Shown piece after piece: positions 7,305 to 17,533 of a stretch of 64,000 nt of DNA. Each line of letters starts with the position of its first letter. Position 1 is the stretch's first letter. The stretch comes from Gammaproteobacteria bacterium (GTDB lineage: Bacteria > Pseudomonadota > Gammaproteobacteria > Tenderiales > Tenderiaceae): positions 139,067-203,066 of the forward strand of contig JACQEP010000016.1 of assembly GCA_016200485.1 (NCBI GenBank). The letters are read 5' to 3'. The notes beneath the pieces were generated by a model. The model was not told the origin of the DNA, ran no database searches, and worked only from the letters and a program-made list of their open reading frames with translations. The position numbers and the translations under genes are program-made.

Positions 7305-8339
7305 CTACTGCTCGACCGGATATCCCGCCAACACCCAATGCGGCATCCCCGAATGGCCGACACACACCAGATTGTTCAAGCCCACAATCGTCAGATTGGT
7401 AAACGCGGTCTGCGCCCGGCGCCCTGAGCGGCAATAGAGATATACCTTTTCAAATTTTCTCAATTCATCGATATGCTGCACTTCGGTGCCAAAGGGAATA
7501 TTGCGACTACCGGGCACATGGCCGATTTCATATTCTTCAGGCGTACGGCTATCCACTATCAATGTATTCGCGGGCCGCGCCTGCCATACCTTGTGTAAAT
7601 CGGCCATTGAAAATTCTTCATGTACATAACGCCGGGGGTCAAAATGAATCCCCACACCAAGATTGGCAGGTACGGCCTCATTGATTCTTTTCGGCAATTC
7701 CAGATTAAGGTTGTTCATGAGTGCGACAAATGCCTCGTGGCTCTTGCCCTGACCAATACGCGGATTCCATTTTTTTTCTTCGCCGATCGTTGAACTCATG
7801 CGGCCGTTGTAATCATGCGCCGGGTAAACAATGGTATCTTCAGGCAAGGAAAACAATTTCGAGGTAATGCTAGTGTATAAGCTCGATGGATTTCCCTGCT
7901 GAAAATCGGTGCGCCCACAACCACGAATCAATAACGCATCGCCCGTGAACACTGCGCCATCGATGAGGTAACTAACACAACCATCGGTGTGACCAGGTGT
8001 CGCCAGCGCTTTAATCACATGATCACTGATCATCAAAGTATCGCCATCATGAATCGGAACATCGATCGCTTTCACATCGGCCGCCGCACTATAGACAATC
8101 TTGGCGCCCGTCTTCTGGCGAATAATCCCGGCGGAGGTCACATGGTCGGCATGCACATGTGTTTCCAAGACATAAAGCAGTTCAACTCCCAGCTCCACAA
8201 TCAATTCCAGATCTCGATCCACCCATTCCTTCACCGGATCGATCAGGGCGCCCTGCCGTGTTTCCGGATCAATCAATAAATAGGTATAGGTGCAGGTATC
8301 CCGATCCATCAATTGACGAACTATCAGTGTCGCACCCAT
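7305..8339 (-). CDS. Persulfide dioxygenase (ETHE1-like MBL fold) fused to rhodanese
   Basis: ETHVHADH, TPGHT, RGCGRTDFQ, YPAHDY; C-terminal rhodanese YCRSGRRA. Confidence 0.9.
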   Translation of the reverse strand: MGATLIVRQLMDRDTCTYTYLLIDPETRQGALIDPVKEWVDRDLELIVELGVELLYVLETHVHADHVTSAGIIRQKTGAKIVYSAAADVKAIDVPIHDGDTLMISDHVIKALATPGHTDGCVSYLIDGAVFTGDALLIRGCGRTDFQQGNPSSLYTSITSKLFSLPEDTIVYPAHDYNGRMSSTIGEEKKWNPRIGQGKSHEAFVALMNNLNLELPKRINEAVPANLGVGIHFDPRRYVHEEFSMADLHKVWQARPANTLIVDSRTPEEYEIGHVPGSRNIPFGTEVQHIDELRKFEKVYLYCRSGRRAQTAFTNLTIVGLNNLVCVGHSGMPHWVLAGYPVEQ

Positions 8340-8342
8340 TAC

Positions 8343-8948
8343 TCACACTCCCCAACGTGGAAGCAAATGATGCTCAACGTTCAAATGATCAAGCACCCGC
8401 GCTACGACAAAATCGACCAAATCTTCAATCTTTTGCGGTTGATGATAAAAGCCCGGATTCGCGGGAAGAATGGTGACACCTAGTTGCGACAGTGTAAGCA
8501 TGTTTTGTAGATGAATCGCCGACAACGGTGTTTCGCGATGTACCAGAATCAATTGCCGCCGTTCCTTGATCATGACATCGGCGGCGCGCTCCATGAGATC
8601 ACTGCTGGCGCCGCAGGCAATCGCGGACAACGTGGCGCTGGTACACGGGCACACCACCATCGCCCGTGGCGCGCCAGAACCCGAAGCGACCGGTGCCGAC
8701 CATTGATCCTTGCCGTAGACAAACAACTGATTTGGTTTTGCCTTGAAATAGGCACTCAGCTGTTGTTGTGCTTCTTTGGGGGTGCTCGACAGCTTGAGCT
8801 CTGTCTCCATGGCGATAACGACCTGTGCTGCCTGACTAATCATCAGATGCACACTCTCCCCCGCCTGCAACAAACACTCCAGCAATCGCAAACCATAGGC
8901 GGCACCCGAAGCACCGGTCATGGCCAATGCGATATCGCGACGGCTCAT
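8343..8948 (-). CDS. ubiX: Flavin prenyltransferase
   Basis: [38 protein letters not shown]. Confidence 0.95.
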   Translation of the reverse strand: MSRRDIALAMTGASGAAYGLRLLECLLQAGESVHLMISQAAQVVIAMETELKLSSTPKEAQQQLSAYFKAKPNQLFVYGKDQWSAPVASGSGAPRAMVVCPCTSATLSAIACGASSDLMERAADVMIKERRQLILVHRETPLSAIHLQNMLTLSQLGVTILPANPGFYHQPQKIEDLVDFVVARVLDHLNVEHHLLPRWGV

Positions 8949-10321
8949 CGTTGTTCCAACGCCTTGAGCAGTTTGTCGTGGATGCCGCCGAAGCCGCCAT
9001 TGCTCATCACCAGGATGTGATCGCCGCTATGCACACGCGCCACTACATGTTTAACAATATCGGCGACGTTATTAAACACGCGCGCCCCTGGACCAATCGC
9101 CTGCGCCACTTCTTGCAACGACCAACCCAGATCACCCGATTCCATGATCACTACCTCATCCGCCGCCGCCAGTGATGGCGCCAGCGTGTGCCGATGCACG
9201 CCCAGCTTCATGGTATTGGAACGCGGCTCCAGCACGGCGATAATCCGCTGTTTGCCAACACGCTGGCGCAACCCGTCCAGTGTCAGCGTAATCGCCGTCG
9301 GATGATGGGCGAAATCATCGTATACGGTAACGCCTTTTACTGTGCCGAGCACCTCAAGCCTGCGCTTGACGCTGGCAAATTCATTCAACGCCGCGACTGC
9401 TTCACTCGCAATCACCCCCGCGTGCCGCGCGGCAGCAATCGCCGCCAGCGCATTGTGCACGTTGTGTTGTCCGAGCAGATTCCAGTTCACATCACCCACA
9501 TGCTCGTCACCCCAATACACACTAAAGCGACTACCATCGGCGGAGACATCACGCGCATTCCACAACCTTGTTTCGGGCTGCTCGACACCCGCTGTGTCAA
9601 AATATTCCACCGGTGTCCAGCAACCTTGGTTAATGACATCCGCAATATTGGGATCATCCACCGGCGCGATCACCAAACCATTGCCGGGGATCGTGCGCAC
9701 CAGATGATGAAACTGGCGCTTGATAGCATCGAGATCAGGAAAAATGTCGGCGTGGTCGTATTCGAGATTGTTGAGAATCACCGTCCGGGGCCGGTAATGC
9801 ACAAACTTGGAACGCTTGTCGAAAAACGCGGTGTCATATTCATCGGCTTCGACGACAAAAAAGGGGGCATCGCCTAGCCGTGCAGAAACCGAAAAATTAC
9901 CTGGGATGCCGCCGATCAAAAAACCCGGCTTGAGCTTGGCGTATTCGAGTATCCACGCCAGCATACTGCTGGTCGTCGTCTTGCCGTGCGTGCCGGCAAC
10001 GCCCAGCACCCAGCGACCGCGCAACACATAATCGGACAAAAACTGCGGCCCGGACATATACGGCAGATTGCGTTCGAGCACATATTCCACCGCCGGATTG
10101 CCGCGCGACATGGCGTTGCCAATTACCACCAGATCCGGCTCGGGGTTTAGATTTTTAGGGTCGTAGCCTTCAAATAATCGAATACCCTGCGCCTCAAGCT
10201 GCGTGCTCATCGGCGGATAGACATTGGCATCCGAGCCACTGATTTCATGGCCCATCTGCCGGGCCAACACCGCAATGCCGCCCATGAATGTACCGCAAAT
10301 GCCCAGTATATGAACTTTCAT
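8945..10321 (-). CDS. mpl: Murein peptide ligase
   Basis: [51 protein letters not shown]. Confidence 0.97.
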   Translation of the reverse strand: MKVHILGICGTFMGGIAVLARQMGHEISGSDANVYPPMSTQLEAQGIRLFEGYDPKNLNPEPDLVVIGNAMSRGNPAVEYVLERNLPYMSGPQFLSDYVLRGRWVLGVAGTHGKTTTSSMLAWILEYAKLKPGFLIGGIPGNFSVSARLGDAPFFVVEADEYDTAFFDKRSKFVHYRPRTVILNNLEYDHADIFPDLDAIKRQFHHLVRTIPGNGLVIAPVDDPNIADVINQGCWTPVEYFDTAGVEQPETRLWNARDVSADGSRFSVYWGDEHVGDVNWNLLGQHNVHNALAAIAAARHAGVIASEAVAALNEFASVKRRLEVLGTVKGVTVYDDFAHHPTAITLTLDGLRQRVGKQRIIAVLEPRSNTMKLGVHRHTLAPSLAAADEVVIMESGDLGWSLQEVAQAIGPGARVFNNVADIVKHVVARVHSGDHILVMSNGGFGGIHDKLLKALEQR

Positions 10322-10322
10322 A

Positions 10323-10838
10323 TCAACCTGCCCCTGCCGCCTTGAATAAAGAGCTAATGATACTGATTGAAACGTATAAATAGACCAAGGCGATTAAAAT
10401 TCCGATAAAAAACTTGGTCGACAACGCATGCCGCAACACATGTCCGACCACCGCCAGATTCCAGGTCAGCAAACCCATCATCAACATGGTCGACACCATC
10501 GGCATCACCTCCGGCTGTTGCACTTGCCACCACAACACGGGCGCCGCAAACACAGCAAGGATGGCGCCGCTCCCGGCCAATGCCGTCAGCGTCTGCGTAA
10601 AACGGGCACCGAGGTCGCGCACCCACAGCAACAAAAACGTCAGCCCCGACACAATCAACACATCGACTATCCCTGACGCTAGCGCCAGCGCCGGCGTCAG
10701 ACTCATCAAACCCACAACGATGCTGCATAAACCATAAATAATCAGGCTCAATGCCAGCAACACGTTCGAGGACGGCAAATCCTGCGGCGCGAGCCGAAAC
10801 AGGCAAATCTTCCAGAAGGCATTGAGAATAGCGTACAT
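10323..10838 (-). CDS. Hypothetical multi-pass membrane protein
   Basis: About 5 hydrophobic segments, PQDLP motif; 1 bp upstream of mpl. Confidence 0.8.
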   Translation of the reverse strand: MYAILNAFWKICLFRLAPQDLPSSNVLLALSLIIYGLCSIVVGLMSLTPALALASGIVDVLIVSGLTFLLLWVRDLGARFTQTLTALAGSGAILAVFAAPVLWWQVQQPEVMPMVSTMLMMGLLTWNLAVVGHVLRHALSTKFFIGILIALVYLYVSISIISSLFKAAGAG

Positions 10839-10946
10839 GGCAACGCGAGATGACCCGACGATAGACTAGGCTATCATTAGAACATCCCGCCTGACAAAGC
10901 TCAATGGAACTAGCCGTGACAGCCCGCATCGTGTTTAATACCTTTG

Positions 10947-12107
10947 ATGCCCAAGCATTTAGCCTCCAAATATCGTTTCCCCTGGCGGGAAGGCAATCAG
11001 TTTCGACTCCTGGTCGACGGTGATCGCTTTTATCCGGCAATGCTGGAGGCTATCACGATCGCAAAACATTCCATTATCCTGGAGATGTATCTGGTACGCC
11101 CCGGCAGCGTCTTTGACCGTTTCACGACGGCTTTGCAGCTGGCCGCCAAACGCGGCGTGCAGGTATTTATTTTGTTTGACGATTACGGCTCACGCGAACT
11201 GCGCCAGATCGACCGCCAACAACTGGCGCATCCCAATATTCGTCTTACCTGGTATAACCCGTTTCACTATGGCCAACTGCGCCGCGCTTTGCTGCGTGAT
11301 CACCGCAAGCTACTAGTCGTCGACAATCGCATTGCTTATGTCGGCGGCGCCGGGTTGACCGATGATTTTATCCAACCCCATCACCGCTGGCATGACATGA
11401 TGATTGAAATCCAGGGGCCCTGCGTCTCGGACTGGCAATCACTGTTCCGCGACGCGTGGCCAGCGGCATCGCCACCGGAATCGGCAGCGCCAATTCCGGT
11501 GGCGATGCCGATTGATGCTGCTATTGGTGCGCAACTGGGCCGTGTCACTTTATCGCAACTTTCCAATCGTCAGGAAATACAGCGCTCATTAGTGCACCGG
11601 ATACGGAGCGCCGAACATTGGGTCTGGCTTAGCACCGCCTATTTCGTTCCTTCCTGGAAATTGCGGCGGGCACTGAGTTCGGCCGCCAAACGTGGTATCG
11701 ATGTGCGCCTGGTGCTGCCCGGCCCGCACACAGATCATCCTGCCATTCGTCATGCCGGAAGGCGTTTTTATTATGGACTGCTACGGCGCGGCGTCCGGAT
11801 TTATGAATATCTTCCGCGGTTTAATCACACCAAACTTTATCTCTGCGATCACTGGATCTCGATCGGTTCCAGCAACGTCGATCGCTGGAATTTATTCTGG
11901 AATCTTGAAGCCAATCAGGAAGTAGATGATCAAACACTCAGCGAAGAGGCGCGGAATCACTTCAACGAAGACTTTACGCATTGCCTGGAAATCACGCTTG
12001 AACACTGGCAGCGCCGCGCCTGGCATCGCCGGTTACTGGAACAATTCTGGGGCTGGGTAGATGCGCGCTTGAATCAATTAAGCCAGCGCTGGCGGCGTAA
12101 ATCTTGA
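10947..12107 (+). CDS. clsB: Cardiolipin synthase B-like phospholipase D
   Basis: Two HKD motifs (RDHRKLLVVD, HTKLYLCD). Confidence 0.85.
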   Translation: MPKHLASKYRFPWREGNQFRLLVDGDRFYPAMLEAITIAKHSIILEMYLVRPGSVFDRFTTALQLAAKRGVQVFILFDDYGSRELRQIDRQQLAHPNIRLTWYNPFHYGQLRRALLRDHRKLLVVDNRIAYVGGAGLTDDFIQPHHRWHDMMIEIQGPCVSDWQSLFRDAWPAASPPESAAPIPVAMPIDAAIGAQLGRVTLSQLSNRQEIQRSLVHRIRSAEHWVWLSTAYFVPSWKLRRALSSAAKRGIDVRLVLPGPHTDHPAIRHAGRRFYYGLLRRGVRIYEYLPRFNHTKLYLCDHWISIGSSNVDRWNLFWNLEANQEVDDQTLSEEARNHFNEDFTHCLEITLEHWQRRAWHRRLLEQFWGWVDARLNQLSQRWRRKS

Positions 12108-12109
12108 AC

Positions 12110-12136
12110 GTAGGGGCGGGTTTAAAACCCGCCCGC
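12110..12136. repeat. GTAG-type REP palindrome
   Basis: GTAGGGGCGGGTTTAAAACCCGCCC between convergent genes. Confidence 0.75.
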
Positions 12137-12138
12137 AA

Positions 12139-12522
12139 TTACCAACGCGTTGACCAATCGATTGAAAGGTCGGATTGAAGGCCAATCTTTAAGGATGAAC
12201 CTGAATCAACAGGATATTCCAGGGTCAGGTGTTTGCCATCCCGCGCCATGCCCGCGCGCGGCAGGTCGGAGGCTGAAGCCCTCAATTCAAGGCGTGGCTT
12301 CTCTGCAAACGAGGCCTTTTCTGATTCGATGACCACATCAGGGATGATTTCCTGCAATCGCTCACGCGGCAACTGTAATGCAATCGATTTGGATTTTTGA
12401 ACGAATGTCTTGGCCGGTACTGCCGCAGCGACCTGTTTTTTTTCCACTGCCACCGCACCCCCGGCCAACCCCAGCAGGGCGACCCCGACGACTGTTGTAA
12501 CTTGCCGTTGCAGTGTTTTCAT
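12139..12522 (-). CDS. Hypothetical secreted protein
   Basis: Signal peptide ending AVA, GAGAGGG upstream, C-terminal aromatic residue. Confidence 0.6.
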   Translation of the reverse strand: MKTLQRQVTTVVGVALLGLAGGAVAVEKKQVAAAVPAKTFVQKSKSIALQLPRERLQEIIPDVVIESEKASFAEKPRLELRASASDLPRAGMARDGKHLTLEYPVDSGSSLKIGLQSDLSIDWSTRW

Positions 12523-12660
12523 AACCTACCCTCTCTACCCGTGTAACCCGCCGAGTGGTCTTGGGCTTTGCCCAGACCGGTATTTTTGGTTCTTGGCTTG
12601 ACTGCCCCCACGACAGTGCCACACTCCCCGACAAGGATGACTATGCTACTCATAAGGGTT

Positions 12661-12879
12661 TTAAATGTCTACTCGTTTGTGGTAATCGCGGTTCATCCAG
12701 CACTGGGGCAGGACCTCTCCCGAGGGGAACGTCAATCCGGCCTTGGTAAATCTTTGAGTTTCCTGCATTTCTTCACCGGCATGGAAGCGCCCCTTAATTT
12801 GATCGACGCAGGGATCGATCAGCGACGCCACGTCCATGACCTCAACCATGTCTCCGGTCTTCTTAGCTTTTAGATACAT
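12661..12879 (-). CDS. Small conserved protein of unknown function (family often labelled acetyltransferase)
   Basis: GDMVEV...HAGEEMQE...FPSGEVLPQCW pattern; GAGGTG RBS. Confidence 0.75.
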   Translation of the reverse strand: MYLKAKKTGDMVEVMDVASLIDPCVDQIKGRFHAGEEMQETQRFTKAGLTFPSGEVLPQCWMNRDYHKRVDI

Positions 12880-13081
12880 AGCTCACCTCGGTACCTTTAT
12901 ACTGAACTATAATTTTAATATAGCCTCTTATCTAGTAATTAACAGGGCGAATAAAGAGTGACGCGCAGTGGCTGAAAGATTGACAGTTTTTTAACTGGCC
13001 TGCATCAAGTTCCACCCTGGTTCATCCGATAGCTTCAGAGTACCTAACCATGAGTATCACCCATTGTATTTGGAGGGAAAA

Positions 13082-14221
13082 ATGAGTTCTTTACGCCGGT
13101 TACAGGAGTTCGGCCAAAGCGTTTGGTACGACAATATCCAGCGCAGCATGTTGGGCCCTGGCAAGGAATTGGCACTACTGATTGAGGAGGATGGGCTGCG
13201 GGGAGTCACCTCCAACCCTTCGATTTTCGAGAAGGCCATCAACGGCAGCAAGGATTACGACGACGCCCTGCTGCGCCACGTCAAAGGTGGTCTCAGCGAT
13301 AGCCGCGATCTGTTCTTTGCCCTGGCCATCGAGGATATCCAGGGGGCCGCCGACCAGCTGCTCCCGGTCTATCGCAAGACCAACGGCCTGGACGGTTATG
13401 TCAGCCTGGAGGTCTCGCCGGACCTGGCCTACAACGCCAGCGCCACCATCGCCGAGGCCAAGCGCCTGGCGGAGCGCGTCAATCGCCCCAACTTAATGAT
13501 CAAGGTACCTTCGACCCAGGAAGGCATTGAGGCCGTCGAGGTGTTGACCGCCGCCGGGATCAACATCAATGCCACTCTTCTCTTCGGAGTGGATCGCTAT
13601 GAAGAGATCGCCCGCGCCTATCTGCGTGGTCTGCGTCAACGTCTGAGCCTGGGCCAGCCGGTGACCAAGATCGCCTCGGTCGCCAGCTTCTTCGTCAGCC
13701 GGGTGGATACCCTGGTCGACAGCTTGTTGGAACAAAAAGCCGCTAAAGGCAACGACCGAAGCCGCTGCGACCAATTAATGAACAAGGTGGCCATCGCCAA
13801 TGCCAAAGTCGCCTACGCCCTGTTCCAGCACCTCTACCGTCACGAATTTAGCGACCTGGAAGCAGCAGGCGCCCGGCCACAACGCCTGCTCTGGGCCAGC
13901 ACCGGCACCAAAAACCCGAACCTCAGCGACGTGGCCTATATCGACAACTTGATCGGGGCGGATACGGTCAATACTATCCCGCCCGCCACCTACAAGGCCT
14001 TTAAGGACCACGGCACGGTGGCCGCCACCCTCGAACAGGGGCTGGATGCTGCCCCCAAATTAATGGCTGAACTGAAACAAGTTGGCATTGACTTCAACGC
14101 CGTTACCCGGCAATTGGAAGACGAGGGTGTCAAGACTTTCGACAAGGCCTTCCAAACCCTGTTGCTGGCGATCAACAGCAAGGTGCAGGCACTCACCCCC
14201 GGCAGCCGGGTACGGGCATAA
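13082..14221 (+). CDS. tal: Transaldolase (long, type 2)
   Basis: GVTSNPSIF, VSLEVSP, NLMIKVP, SFFVSRVD, LWASTGTKNP; GGAGGG RBS before 13082. Confidence 0.95.
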   Translation: MSSLRRLQEFGQSVWYDNIQRSMLGPGKELALLIEEDGLRGVTSNPSIFEKAINGSKDYDDALLRHVKGGLSDSRDLFFALAIEDIQGAADQLLPVYRKTNGLDGYVSLEVSPDLAYNASATIAEAKRLAERVNRPNLMIKVPSTQEGIEAVEVLTAAGININATLLFGVDRYEEIARAYLRGLRQRLSLGQPVTKIASVASFFVSRVDTLVDSLLEQKAAKGNDRSRCDQLMNKVAIANAKVAYALFQHLYRHEFSDLEAAGARPQRLLWASTGTKNPNLSDVAYIDNLIGADTVNTIPPATYKAFKDHGTVAATLEQGLDAAPKLMAELKQVGIDFNAVTRQLEDEGVKTFDKAFQTLLLAINSKVQALTPGSRVRA

Positions 14222-14305
14222 TTCAACGCTTCGCAAATCAATAAACCGTGTGCGCCGCAAGGCGCGCACGTGTTTTGGCGTTAGAATATCGTTTTTATCT
14301 GCGCC

Positions 14306-15175
14306 ATGGATATCTGGAACACTATTGATCGTGCTATCAGCACCGCCTGCGGAACACCGTTTCAGGCACAACAACGCCTAGCATTAGGCGGCGGCTGTAT
14401 CAATCACAGCTATAAACTCAGTACTGGCCACCAGCATTTCTTTGTTAAGCTCAACGCTGCCGCCAAGCTAGAGATGTTTATCGCAGAGGCCGAGGGTTTG
14501 CAGGCCCTTGCCGATAGCGCCACCATCCGTGTCCCCACCGTTATTTGTTACGGCATTGCCAATGACCAGGCATATCTGGCGCTTGAATACCTGCCGCTTA
14601 CCGCGCGCGGCGATCAGGCGCAGTTAGGACAGGCGCTCGCCCGACTCCACCGCTGCACGGGTCCACGCTACGGCTGGCACCGCAGCAATACCATTGGCGC
14701 CACGCCACAATACAATACTTATGCGGACAGCTGGCTTGATTTTTGGCGTGAGCAACGTTTGGGATTTCAATTAGCCCTCGCTGCTGAAAATGGCTTTCGC
14801 GGCAGTTTACAAGCGAAAGGCCGGGAATTATTAAATGGACTGGATTTACTGCTGGGCACGCACCAACCGGCGCCATCGCTCGTCCATGGCGACTTGTGGT
14901 CCGGCAATTACGCATTTACTACGGAGGGCTCACCCGTCATTTTTGACCCGGCTGTGCATTATGGCGACCGCGAAACCGACTTGGCGATGACCGAGCTATT
15001 TGGCGGTTTCAGCAATGAGTTTTATCGCGCCTATCAAGCAGAGTACCCGCTGCCTGCAGGCTATGAAACGCGTAAAATACTCTACAACCTGTATCATGTG
15101 CTCAATCATCTACATCTATTCGGCGGCGGTTATCTGCGCCAGGCCGAAACCATGATTGACGAATTGTTACGTTAA
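14306..15175 (+). CDS. Fructosamine kinase family protein
   Basis: GGGCIN, LVHGDLWSGN, FDPAVHYGDRETDLAM, LNHLHLFGGGY. Confidence 0.92.
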   Translation: MDIWNTIDRAISTACGTPFQAQQRLALGGGCINHSYKLSTGHQHFFVKLNAAAKLEMFIAEAEGLQALADSATIRVPTVICYGIANDQAYLALEYLPLTARGDQAQLGQALARLHRCTGPRYGWHRSNTIGATPQYNTYADSWLDFWREQRLGFQLALAAENGFRGSLQAKGRELLNGLDLLLGTHQPAPSLVHGDLWSGNYAFTTEGSPVIFDPAVHYGDRETDLAMTELFGGFSNEFYRAYQAEYPLPAGYETRKILYNLYHVLNHLHLFGGGYLRQAETMIDELLR

Positions 15176-15197
15176 TTCAGAACCAAGGAATTTTAAA

Positions 15198-15533
15198 GTG
15201 GCTGCCAAGAAGAAAGTCTACAAAGTGATTTTTCACAACCAGGGCAAGATTTACGAAATCTATGCCCGCAACGTCGAGCAAGGCGATTTATTGGGCTTTG
15301 TCGAGATCAGCGGCCTGATCTTTGGTGAAAAATCCAAAATGTTGGTTGACCCGGGCGAAGAAAAACTGGAAGCGGAATTCTCGGGCGTGGAATCCTGTCT
15401 GATCCCGATGCATGCTGTGGTGCGTATTGACCAGGTCACCAAGGAAGGGCACAACAAAATATTGGCTGAAGACCAAGGCGGCAACATCACCGCTTTTCCG
15501 TCACCGATCATTGCGCCGCGCCGAAACGATTAA
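15198..15533 (+). CDS. DUF1820 family protein
   Basis: YKVIFHNQGKIYEIYA...VDPGEEKLEAEF...IPMHAVVRID. Confidence 0.85.
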   Translation: MAAKKKVYKVIFHNQGKIYEIYARNVEQGDLLGFVEISGLIFGEKSKMLVDPGEEKLEAEFSGVESCLIPMHAVVRIDQVTKEGHNKILAEDQGGNITAFPSPIIAPRRND

Positions 15534-15534
15534 C

Positions 15535-15564
15535 TGCAGGGGCGATTCATGAATCGCCCCTGCA
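15535..15564. repeat. REP palindrome (family A)
   Basis: Perfect 30-bp palindrome TGCAGGGGCGATTCATGAATCGCCCCTGCA. Confidence 0.85.
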
Positions 15565-15567
15565 TAA

Positions 15568-16362
15568 TCACAAACTCCCTTTGAACGTTAACTGCAACAA
15601 CTTGCCATGTGTCTTATCCGCCAGCGATTGATACTCAACCTTGGTTCCGGGGTCTGATTGCCCAATAGGAATCGTAAAAACCGGTGCCGGAATATTCAGA
15701 TAATAGATACGATCGTCCGACGGCTCATCGCCAAGCAGGACATAAGCACCGGGTTTGGGGGCATTTTTCGCCGCGCGCACGAAAGCATCACCGATAGTTT
15801 CATTATTACCCATAAATGGCGCGCCCTTCATGAAACTGTCCAGAATCTCACCCATGGTGCCCTGATAAGTATCGGCATTGCCATCGGCGAACCAGGTCAG
15901 CGCCGAAAGCTCCTTGCCTGAACGAATCACAATCACTCTTAACAACGGCACTAGAAACGTCGCCGCACCGTGCATTGAACCCGTGGCATCGATCACCAAA
16001 TGGATATCCTTGCCCGGAATATCTTTCAATCCTCTGATAAAAACATCAAAGTCACGCCGCCCCGTAGCTGAATCCAGGCCCACGGATTGCAGCACTTTCT
16101 CGATCTGGGCATCCGTACCCATGCCCGCCATTTCGTCCAGCTCGCCATAAAGGCGGCTGTTATCGTTTTCCTTTTGCTTCAGCTCTTCCTTGAGCTCGGC
16201 CAGCTCCTTCTTCATGCGCGGAAAATTCACCTTTTCATTGACGCGCGATGTAATCATGACCACCACTAACACGAAAATAAAAGTACCGAGCATCATCAAC
16301 ACCATGTCGATGAAGATACGCTCATATCCTCCGCTTTCCGTGGTTCGACGTCGGCGTTTCAT
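15568..16362 (-). CDS. Single-TM + coiled coil + vWA domain protein (ExbD/MotB-like partner)
   Basis: TM with Asp (IFIDMVLMML), MIDAS-like LVIDATGSM and LLGDEP; ATG overlaps the upstream stop (TAATG). Confidence 0.8.
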   Translation of the reverse strand: MKRRRRTTESGGYERIFIDMVLMMLGTFIFVLVVVMITSRVNEKVNFPRMKKELAELKEELKQKENDNSRLYGELDEMAGMGTDAQIEKVLQSVGLDSATGRRDFDVFIRGLKDIPGKDIHLVIDATGSMHGAATFLVPLLRVIVIRSGKELSALTWFADGNADTYQGTMGEILDSFMKGAPFMGNNETIGDAFVRAAKNAPKPGAYVLLGDEPSDDRIYYLNIPAPVFTIPIGQSDPGTKVEYQSLADKTHGKLLQLTFKGSL

Positions 16363-17348
16363 TAACGTATCCGGAACACTTCCAGCAAACGCACCCACCA
16401 GGGACGCTTCAAATGCAACAAGAGACGCATTTCTTCGCGCAACAATTCGCAGTAGGCTCGATGTTCCTTGATCAAGGCTTCGAGTGGCTTACCACCCTCG
16501 GGCGAGTTATCGCTAAGACTGCGAATTTCGCTACGAAAATCGTGCAAGGTTTGCCGCGAGCGATCAAAAGATTCGTGCAGACGCTGAATGTTGACATCCA
16601 GTGCGCGCACCTCTTCATTCAGCAGCCGCACATCCCGCTCCACCGTGCGCACATAATCCGCCGAGCAATACACCAGGCAGATGCGCATCAAATTATCGTG
16701 CAGGCCTTCGACACCATGCTGAGTGATCTGGGCGAAAATGCGCAACAATACGCCACCCAATACCGCCCCCAGCAAGGTCGCATAAAAGGCCGTACCCATG
16801 CCGCTCATGGCATGCTGCAGGCCGGACAACATCATGTCCTGATCCTGACCCAGGGCTTCGAGCGAACTGCTCAATCCGGTCAGCGTCATGGTCAACCCCA
16901 TTACGGTACCGATCAATCCCAGCGTAATCAGCACCGTACCCACTACCTCAATCGAATGACTGATACGCTCGAATGCCGCCAGCTCGACATGGAGCAATGT
17001 TTCCACATCCACGTCACCCTTGGCCTCTACCGTAAATTTTATCGATTTGAAAAAGCGGTCAGCCGCGCGTTTGCCAGAGTGAATGATAATCGCATTCAAA
17101 CCACCTTCGCGCGCCGAATACTCCAACTGAGAAGACCGGACAGCCTCTTTGGTAATCAGCATCGTCAAGGCAAAACTACCGATGATCCCAAGCAGAAAGA
17201 GCCCGGAAATCAGCCAGGTAATATGGCTGGCGTCACGCTCCATGAACGACCAGACCTCGGTGTCCCGGTACAGGGTGAGATACACGACCAGCGCCGTGCT
17301 GGCCCAAATGGTCCACAAAATTAAGGTACGGTAAGGTGTCTGATTCAT
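16362..17348 (-). CDS. MotA/TolQ/ExbB proton channel family protein
   Basis: LGLIGTVMGL and GMGTAFYATLLG motifs, about 4 TM segments, C-terminal coiled coil. Confidence 0.88.
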   Translation of the reverse strand: MNQTPYRTLILWTIWASTALVVYLTLYRDTEVWSFMERDASHITWLISGLFLLGIIGSFALTMLITKEAVRSSQLEYSAREGGLNAIIIHSGKRAADRFFKSIKFTVEAKGDVDVETLLHVELAAFERISHSIEVVGTVLITLGLIGTVMGLTMTLTGLSSSLEALGQDQDMMLSGLQHAMSGMGTAFYATLLGAVLGGVLLRIFAQITQHGVEGLHDNLMRICLVYCSADYVRTVERDVRLLNEEVRALDVNIQRLHESFDRSRQTLHDFRSEIRSLSDNSPEGGKPLEALIKEHRAYCELLREEMRLLLHLKRPWWVRLLEVFRIR

Positions 17349-17471
17349 CCCGATCCGGCGCCCCTCAACGCCTCATCCCTGAATCGTCGCTGGCCGACGA
17401 TTATCGCGATTCTATCGGGTTACTATACCGTTGGAGTGTTTGATCTGGCTAGCATCGTGATCTGGGATATC

Positions 17472-17499
17472 GCGGGGGCGATTCATGAATCGTCCTTAC
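17472..17499. repeat. Degenerate REP palindrome (family A)
   Basis: GCGGGGGCGATTCATGAATCGTCCTTAC. Confidence 0.75.
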
Positions 17500-17533
17500 C
17501 TAAACCGTGGGCGACGTTTGCGCAATGTGCCAA

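Noticed and set aside
15568..17348. Zorya (ZorAB) defence system
   Set aside because: The partner has a vWA rather than an OmpA-like domain, the tail is short, and no zorC/D/E genes are adjacent.
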